This document shows, in pieces, positions 1-4,375 of a DNA stretch of 6,161 nucleotides (position 1 is the stretch's first letter; each line of letters begins with the position of its first letter). Source of the DNA: Halalkalibacterium halodurans (GTDB lineage Bacteria; Bacillota; Bacilli; Bacillales; Bacillaceae_D); the NCBI RefSeq assembly GCF_004376175.1, contig NZ_SNUY01000109.1, forward strand, positions 1 through 6,161, written 5' to 3'. The notes below the pieces were generated by a model. That model was given only the letters and a program-made list of their open reading frames with translations. It made no database searches and had not been told where the DNA came from. The position numbers and the translations under genes are program-made.

Positions 1-125
1 TATACACTTCGCCCTTGACAGAACCTTCTGAAACTTTTTGTGTAGTCACCAAGGCTGCTTAAGGTCTAATATATTGGCAATTCCAAAGGAAACCCTGCGA
101 GCTTACACAAAATTCTTGACGGTAC
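1..125 (+). mobile_element. Diverged partial copy of the non-coding right end of the IS type seen at 4236-6059; cut by the window edge
   Basis: Collinear conserved blocks against 5931-6059: cttcgcccttga (7-18 vs 5931-5942), ctgaa, ctaata.a.tgg (66-77 vs 6001-6011), gaa(a)cc.tgc.ag.tt (about 90-105 vs 6022-6036). The terminal ttcttgacggtacc (112-125) matches ttttgacactacc (6047-6059). Roughly 60-65% identity by eye, with similar spacing. Confidence 0.45.
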
Positions 126-166
126 CTATTTTTATCTGCTTTTGATAAATTTATAAAAAACCTCAT

Positions 167-646
167 TTACTTATGGTACGGTTCCCCCCTATTAATCCGA
201 AACGCCCGATACACCTGCTCCAACAAGATCAACCGCATGAGCTGATGGGGGAAGGTCATCTTCGAAAAGGAGAGCTTTTCGTCTGCGCGCTTGAGGACGG
301 CGTCGCTGAGGCCGAGGGAGCCGCCGATGACGAAGGCTACCTTGCTCTTTCCATAAGTGGCGAGTCTATCCATAGTATCGGCTAATTCTTCTGAACTTTT
401 CATGCTTCCTTCGATGGCTAGGGCAATCACATAGGTGTCGGGGTGGAGTTTGGCGAGGATGCGCTCGCCTTCTTTTTGTTTGACGTGTTCCATTTCGGTG
501 TCGCTGAGCTGCTCTGGGGCTTTTTCGTCGGGGACTTCGATGAGCTCGGTCTTAGCGTAGGCGCTGAGGCGTTTCGTGTATTCAGCGATTCCTTGCTTTA
601 AGTATTTTTCTTTTAATTTTCCAACTGAAATAATCGAAATATTCAC
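167..646 (-). CDS. rlmH: 23S rRNA (pseudouridine1915-N3)-methyltransferase RlmH (SPOUT family), 159 aa
   Basis: The translation is near-collinear with Bacillus RlmH/YydA ([65 protein letters not shown]). I place the start at GTG 646-644 (sequence VNISII), which is preceded by AAGAGG 9 nt upstream. The track start at 667 adds 7 residues that are probably untranslated. Confidence 0.93.
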   Translation of the reverse strand: MNISIISVGKLKEKYLKQGIAEYTKRLSAYAKTELIEVPDEKAPEQLSDTEMEHVKQKEGERILAKLHPDTYVIALAIEGSMKSSEELADTMDRLATYGKSKVAFVIGGSLGLSDAVLKRADEKLSFSKMTFPHQLMRLILLEQVYRAFRINRGEPYHK

Positions 647-713
647 AGTGTATAACCTCTTTTGCACAGTTTTCCACAGGAGTTATCCACATATCAACAT
701 GTGGATGTGTAAG

Positions 714-872
714 TTATTCAGATATGCTATAAATGGCGTTGTTTTTACAGAAGGCGCATGTTGTGGATAATTGCTCGTCTTCTGTTAATTGATTGATGAT
801 GGGGGCTGTTTCTTTTTCGTCGATGATGATTTCCATTGCGAGTTCTACGTGTTCAAGGCAAGTGTTGTACAT
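714..872 (-). CDS. Small CxxH/CxxC protein (BA_5709-like family), 52 aa
   Basis: The ORF is MYNTCLEHVELAMEIIIDEKETAPIINQLTEDEQLSTTCAFCKNNAIYSISE, with an N-terminal CLEH and a C-terminal CAFC motif. ATG at 872-870 is preceded by AAAGGAGCGGAG. The track start at 896 is probably too far upstream. Confidence 0.65.
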   Translation of the reverse strand: MYNTCLEHVELAMEIIIDEKETAPIINQLTEDEQLSTTCAFCKNNAIYSISE

Positions 873-902
873 GTTTTCTCCGCTCCTTTTCGTCACGTGT
901 TT

Positions 903-936
903 ATTATAGCATACCCTGTTGACGTGCTGTGGATAA
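903..936 (-). promoter_or_regulatory. Candidate sigmaA extended -10 promoter for the CxxH/CxxC gene (possibly also rlmH), with a DnaA box over the -35 position
   Basis: The minus strand reads TGCTATAAT (911-903), a perfect -10 with a TGn extension. There is no good -35 hexamer. The perfect DnaA box at 928-936 overlaps the expected -35 position. Confidence 0.45.
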
Positions 937-1058
937 GTTTGTTTATTTGACTGGATGCTCGTGTTGTGAGGATGTCGTTCTTTTTAACATTTTGGCTGTG
1001 GATTTTTTATACCGTGGTACGTTTGAGGGCAATCCACAATGGATCAAAAAGGAGAGAA

Positions 1059-1506
1059 ATGAAGATTGAACATGTACCAAGCGTTTGCATCGCCTATGTG
1101 CGACAGGTGGGGCCTTATGCTCCTCGTAATCGTCAAACGATGGAAAATATCAAAAGCTGGGCGAGGTGAACCGTCTTCTTGATGATCAAGCGATTATCCT
1201 TGGCACTTCACAAGACCCTCCTGAAACGACTCCCCCTGAAAAATGTCGTATGATGCGTGTATCGTGATTTCAGATGAGCAGCCATTGGATGGTTCGGTTC
1301 GTGAAGGGATGCTATCTGCCGATTTATATGCGGTGTACGAAGTAAAACATACAGCAGAAGCGCTGGAGCAAGCGTGGGGGGACATTTTTTCTGAGCTCCA
1401 AAGCAGTGGGTATGAAATGGATACCAAGCCGCTGTTTGAACGGTATGCTGGCGAGATCGTTTCTAGCGGTGCGTGTGAAATCAGCGTCCCGATTAGAAAA
1501 GCGTAA
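1059..1506 (+). pseudogene. GyrI-like small-molecule-binding domain protein (effector-binding domain type), disrupted by two -1 frameshifts
   Basis: ATG at 1059 follows AAAGGAG. The reading MKIEHVPSVCIAYVRQVGPY...SWAR stops at 1167-1169. It continues in frame -1 as NRLLDDQAIILGTSQDPPETTPPEKCR (from 1172), and again in frame -1 as YDACIVISDEQ...FERYAGE...CEISVPIRKA, ending at 1506. The total of 448 nt is two bases short of a 150-codon frame. Confidence 0.7.
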
Positions 1507-1576
1507 AGCACCCGCTTAAAAACGTAGCAGCTGGACCGGACAGCGAGCAGATGATGAATGATCAACTCTCTCTATT

Positions 1577-1618
1577 AAAAAAACTCCTGCGCCTGAATGA
1601 TCAGACGCGGGAGTTTTT
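1577..1618. terminator. Bidirectional rho-independent terminator between the convergent GyrI-like gene and the sortase operon
   Basis: The 13-bp stem CTCCTGCGCCTGA (1584-1596) pairs with TCAGACGCGGGAG (1601-1613), with one mismatch and one G-U pair, around the loop ATGA. It is flanked by an A7 run (1577-1583) and a T5 run (1614-1618), so each strand has a U-tract. Confidence 0.8.
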
Positions 1619-2243
1619 AGCTGTTTTCGTTTTCACTCTCGTCTTTCTCTTTAATGAGCGTTGCTTCTAAAATGTAACGCTCCGGTGCAGAGCCGATAAA
1701 GTCGAACGGATAGCAGGTTGACACGGTGAGCGTGGCCCGCGGCTTTGGTACGATGACGGTTCGGTCATCCTCGTCCACGATCCGCACCTTGCGCACGCGG
1801 TACGTATGGGTGCCGGTCGCGGTTTCGACGATGAGCAGGTCACCGACGCCGACCTCGCCAAGCTCGCGGAAGACGGTGTCGCGGTGCCCAGATAGCACCG
1901 AATTGTCCTCTTCCCCTGGCAGGACGCTGTTCGCGAAATGGCCCACACCGCGCTCCAGTTCATCCTCATCGGTTCCGTGATAAATCGGAAGGGTGGCTTC
2001 CAGCTTCGGAATGTATAGCTCCCCCATCAAGTCCCCTTTTTCAGGTTTGAGGGGGTACGGTGAATCAACAGGTTCTGTCGGTTCGTCTTCGGCTGGCGGC
2101 ACAGGCTGCGGTTCCTCTTTCGTCATTTGACCCGCCTTGAAGATGGCGTATCCGGTTAAAAACTTGCTGAGGTTCGTCGTGCTGAACCAGATACCAAAAA
2201 TGATCGCAACGACAGCCAGGCCGAGTATCCCTTTTCTCATCAT
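1617..2243 (-). CDS. Class D sortase (YhcS/SrtD-like), 208 aa
   Basis: N-terminal TM anchor (ILGLAVVAIIFGIWF). Sortase catalytic signatures are present: LSGHRD (His), TVSTCYPF (the TLxTC-type Cys motif) and APERYIL (Arg). The start ATG overlaps the stop of the upstream substrate gene. Confidence 0.9.
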   Translation of the reverse strand: MMRKGILGLAVVAIIFGIWFSTTNLSKFLTGYAIFKAGQMTKEEPQPVPPAEDEPTEPVDSPYPLKPEKGDLMGELYIPKLEATLPIYHGTDEDELERGVGHFANSVLPGEEDNSVLSGHRDTVFRELGEVGVGDLLIVETATGTHTYRVRKVRIVDEDDRTVIVPKPRATLTVSTCYPFDFIGSAPERYILEATLIKEKDESENENS

Positions 2244-3217
2244 CCGTTTTGCTTAACGGAGAATCTGCGATAGACGAACACTCCACCTAATGCAAGAAGG
2301 AGTCCATACAATGTGTGCTCTAAGTAGTTAGAGGCCGTCTTTGGCAGCTTCGCCCCTTTGACTGTTTTCGTCACTTCACCGTCTTGCTTTTGCACGGTTT
2401 CATTGACTTTCTTCAAGTCTTTCCCTGTCTCTTGGATTAAATCCCATCCGAAATCTTCGGCGCGAAGAAGGATATCAGCAAGGAACTCTCCCTCAAGATT
2501 GTACAATTCGATTAGTAAGTCATAGCCGTTTGTTGTCGTCATTGATACAAGCTCACGCAAAGAGAGAGCGATTTTCTCGTCGCCTTTCACGAGGTACATT
2601 TTCACGTCAAGCTCAAATAGGTCAAGCATTTCTGAAAAAATGTCGAGAAGCTCCGCAATTTGTCTTTCCGTTAACTCAGACGCTTCGTCAAACTCTTCGA
2701 ATGCCATCAAGCGATCCGATAAGTTAAGGAGACGTGCTTCAAACGCTGGATCTTCATAGTCTAACGTTTTGAAGTGCTCAATGAGACGATCCAACTCCTC
2801 TGGTGTAAGGCCGATCATCTCGAAAAAGTCGGAGTAAAGGTCGTCCCAATCTTCTCCGTTCAGATAGAACCAGATCGCAAAGTCTAAGTCATCGTAAAAC
2901 TTATAATCATCCAGCGTTTCCCCATATTCGGCAAGCAGTTCTTCAAGCTCTGCTCTCGTTAAACCATACTCATCGAGTAGTTCTTGTAAGTTTTCTTCCG
3001 TTAAAACAGGGCCTAAGAAGTCACGAAGCTCGTCCACTGAATCAAAATCAGAAATAACCAATCCCATTTCTTCTAAGTACCATTCAAGCTCTTCCTGTGA
3101 CCACTCAATGTCAGTTAAGTAGTTGTCCAGCTCCGCTTGGTTCACAGCTGCAGACGCCGTGAACGGAGAAGCGAACGCCAATACGAGTGCAAAACATAAG
3201 GCTAATAATTGTCGCAT
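2240..3217 (-). CDS. Processed acidic surface protein with a C-terminal LPKTA sortase sorting signal, 325 aa
   Basis: Signal peptide MRQLLALCFALVLAFASPFTASA/AV. The body is extremely Asp/Glu-rich, with degenerate EEL..YL.EYGLT..EL repeats. The C-terminus has LPKTAS (LPKTA at 2333-2347), then a hydrophobic segment LYGLLLALGGVFVY, then an RR..K tail. I place the start at ATG 3217, which follows GGAGG 8 nt upstream; the track start at 3232 lies inside the SD. Confidence 0.85.
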   Translation of the reverse strand: MRQLLALCFALVLAFASPFTASAAVNQAELDNYLTDIEWSQEELEWYLEEMGLVISDFDSVDELRDFLGPVLTEENLQELLDEYGLTRAELEELLAEYGETLDDYKFYDDLDFAIWFYLNGEDWDDLYSDFFEMIGLTPEELDRLIEHFKTLDYEDPAFEARLLNLSDRLMAFEEFDEASELTERQIAELLDIFSEMLDLFELDVKMYLVKGDEKIALSLRELVSMTTTNGYDLLIELYNLEGEFLADILLRAEDFGWDLIQETGKDLKKVNETVQKQDGEVTKTVKGAKLPKTASNYLEHTLYGLLLALGGVFVYRRFSVKQNG

Positions 3218-3260
3218 TCTAGGTTCCTCCATTATGAAATTTTTTACTTTTAATGAGAAA

Positions 3261-3266
3261 ATTATA
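3261..3266 (-). promoter_or_regulatory. Candidate -10 element for the surface-protein/sortase operon
   Basis: The minus strand reads TATAAT (within AATTATAATT) about 44 nt upstream of ATG 3217. No convincing -35 is present (TATCCA at 17-bp spacing). Confidence 0.3.
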
Positions 3267-3371
3267 ATTCATTCTGACTATTTTGGATAGAGCCTATTTT
3301 TCGGCAAAATTCGCCAAAATTCGAATGGATTGCGACGGCTCTATTGCTAGTTTGGGAGAGGACACACAAGG

Positions 3372-3399
3372 CGACACACAAAGAGCCCTGTTGGGGTCT
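3372..3399 (-). terminator. Weak candidate terminator downstream of the small membrane-protein gene
   Basis: The minus strand reads AGACCCC-AACA-GGGCTCT (7-bp stem, one mismatch), followed by TTTGTGTGT. Confidence 0.3.
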
Positions 3400-3451
3400 A
3401 GCACCACACTAAGGGCAAAGTACTTTGCTCACCTACTAAGGTGACCTTTCA

Positions 3452-3736
3452 CTATTGGCTTTTCTTATACTTAAAGTAATCGTTCATGATGATCATGATT
3501 GGAAAGATTAATACGACCAAACCAATAATGTAGTTGAAATAGCTCATGAAGGCGAAACCTAAGATAACGTTTAGAAACGCTAAGACTAACAATGACCAAA
3601 AAGTGTTTTTCTTTTTTTTGAAGCGATAAACAATAAAGCTGAGTATTAAAGAGACGAGGAAAAGGCTTGAACTAATAGCGATAACCAATATAATCACCTG
3701 AAGGAAGTAATGTTGAGCAACATGGCACTTCACCAA
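3452..3736 (-). CDS. Small hypothetical integral membrane protein (about 3 TM helices, up to 94 aa)
   Basis: There are three long hydrophobic stretches. A KKKKN loop follows the first TM and the C-terminus is basic (KYKKSQ). The gene is AT-rich compared with its neighbours. There is no SD before the TTG/GTG at 3736/3733. An internal TTG at 3688-3686 is preceded by AGGTGA 5 nt upstream, so the true start is uncertain. Confidence 0.5.
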   Translation of the reverse strand: MVKCHVAQHYFLQVIILVIAISSSLFLVSLILSFIVYRFKKKKNTFWSLLVLAFLNVILGFAFMSYFNYIIGLVVLIFPIMIIMNDYFKYKKSQ

Positions 3737-3853
3737 TTTACGTAAATACTAGAGGTCATGTTAAAAAACGAGGAGAACGCCTAGTTAAATAAGAAGGATT
3801 TGATTTTTCAAGGGGTTGCTATTGTACTGTGTTTCTTTTTATACATTTTTGAA

Positions 3854-3879
3854 AGCCCCGTGGACTCTTCTACGGGGCT
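3854..3879 (-). terminator. GC-rich hairpin just after the second small-peptide ORF (probable terminator, poor U-tract)
   Basis: On the minus strand, AGCCCCGT-(10 nt loop)-ACGGGGCT begins 13 nt after the stop at 3893. The stem can extend to 10 bp. It is followed only by TTTC and then an A-run. Confidence 0.5.
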
Positions 3880-3892
3880 TCTGCCTGGTAAA

Positions 3893-4024
3893 TCAGGCTC
3901 CGGTACTCTGTTTCTGCTGGATCGTAAATCCGTCTCCTGAACTGCTGTTTTGACTTAGCTCCTGAGGACTCACAAAGCCAAAGAGTAAACCTGCTGCAAT
4001 GAGTGATAGGAAAACATTCTTCAT
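3893..4024 (-). CDS. Small secreted-type pro-peptide, paralog 2 (43 aa): MKNVFLSLIAAGLLFGFVSPQELSQNSSSGDGFTIQQKQSTGA
   Basis: Hand translation of the minus strand. The SD is AGGAGG (4040-4035), 10 nt before ATG 4024. It has a signal-peptide-like N-terminus and a polar Ser-rich tail, and is about 48% identical to the adjacent ORF. A hairpin follows the stop. It falls below the ORF-track length cutoff. Confidence 0.65.
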   Translation of the reverse strand: MKNVFLSLIAAGLLFGFVSPQELSQNSSSGDGFTIQQKQSTGA

Positions 4025-4077
4025 GTTCTCTCTGCCTCCTCCTGTGCCTTTTTACAGGGGCATTGCACGATATTTTA

Positions 4078-4212
4078 TCAGTTTCCACCTCGATGCAATT
4101 CCTGAGTGGTAAAACCGCTTTCTGATGAACTGCTGTTGATATTGACTTGATCTGGACTTGCAAAGCCGAACACAAAGCCTGCTACAATCAACGTTAAAAT
4201 TGTCTTTTTCAT
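4078..4212 (-). CDS. Small secreted-type pro-peptide, paralog 1 (44 aa): MKKTILTLIVAGFVFGFASPDQVNINSSSSESGFTTQELHRGGN
   Basis: Hand translation of the minus strand. The SD is AGGAGG (4228-4223), 10 nt before ATG 4212. The 22 nt upstream of the ATG match those of paralog 2 at 19/22 positions. It has the same architecture, with shared FGF(A/V)SP and NSSS..GFT.Q blocks. Confidence 0.65.
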   Translation of the reverse strand: MKKTILTLIVAGFVFGFASPDQVNINSSSSESGFTTQELHRGGN

Positions 4213-4227
4213 ACTCTCTCTGCCTCC

Positions 4228-4235
4228 TCTTGTGT
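4228..4235. repeat. Left copy of the 8-bp target-site duplication TCTTGTGT
   Basis: The identical octamer occurs at 6060-6067, immediately outside the opposite IS end. The preceding cc is also shared, so the duplication could be read as up to 10 bp. Confidence 0.7.
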
Positions 4236-4252
4236 CGTATTGTCAAAACTTT
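4236..4252 (+). repeat. IS left terminal inverted repeat (IRL) CGTATTGTCAAAACTTT
   Basis: Matches the reverse complement of 6043-6059 (GGTAGTGTCAAAAGTTC) at 13/17 positions. The core is TGTCAAAA. Confidence 0.7.
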
Positions 4253-4305
4253 ATATAAAAATAGGCTATTAAATCCTATGTTAGAGGGCTTTATAAGCAA
4301 AAAAA

Positions 4306-4333
4306 TTGCCACTCCCTGATTTCTGTAGATAAT
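4306..4333 (+). promoter_or_regulatory. Candidate transposase promoter
   Basis: TTGCCA (4306-4311), a 16-nt spacer, then GATAAT (4328-4333). Downstream are AAAGGA (4361-4366) and the TTG start at 4376. Confidence 0.4.
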
Positions 4334-4375
4334 TGAGGTTACCATACACCCAATTCCAGAAAAGGACGTGACAAT

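Larger units (their letters stand above)
670..1038. promoter_or_regulatory. DnaA-box cluster (7 boxes, 3 perfect) spanning the rlmH-upstream and CxxH-gene region
   Basis: Perfect TTATCCACA at 683-691 (+). Perfect reverse-complement TGTGGATAA at 762-770 and 928-936. TTTTCCACA at 670-678 (8/9). 7/9 boxes at 700-708 (TGTGGATGT), 997-1005 (TGTGGATTT) and 1030-1038 (CAATCCACA). Confidence 0.75.

Noticed and set aside
173-770. Plus-strand ORFs 173..385 and 576..770
   Set aside because: They are antisense to rlmH or span the rlmH upstream region. They have no SD and no recognisable protein features.
966-1058. N-terminal extension of track ORF 966..1169 (MRMSFFLTFWLWIFY...)
   Set aside because: The start has no SD, and the region carries DnaA boxes and promoter-like elements. 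The homology-supported start with AAAGGAG is ATG 1059.
1194-1565. Minus-strand ORF of 123 aa
   Set aside because: It is antisense to the GyrI-like pseudogene, has low-complexity composition and lacks an SD.
1667-2727. ORFs 1667..1969 (-), 1726..1980 (+), 2065..2286 (-) and 2530..2727 (+)
   Set aside because: They are alternative-frame or antisense ORFs inside the well-supported sortase and surface-protein genes. Their Arg/Ser/Pro-rich composition is typical of out-of-frame reading of GC-richer coding DNA.
3406-3444. Small hairpins TCACCT-ACTA-AGGTGA and GCAAAG-TA-CTTTGC, flanked by repeated ACTAAGG, considered as a terminator or sRNA
   Set aside because: The stems are short (6 bp), one has a 2-nt loop, and neither strand has a U-tract. 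The evidence is insufficient to call a feature.
3893-4212. Calling the two peptides bona fide Phr quorum-sensing peptides
   Set aside because: No rap or other RRNPP receptor gene is adjacent in this window. Paralog 2 lacks a convincing Phr-type C-terminal pentapeptide. This is kept only as an architectural analogy.
4226-4329. The 100+ bp direct repeat (4226-4329 vs 6058-6161) read as a duplicated promoter of a peptide-gene family, with ATGAAAAAC-TAG at 6042-6031 (-) as a truncated third peptide gene
   Set aside because: The repeat begins exactly at an 8-bp duplication followed by a sequence that is the inverted match of 6043-6059, so it is the IS left end. The shared ATGAAAAA is part of the extended imperfect terminal repeat, and it is followed by a stop after 3 codons.
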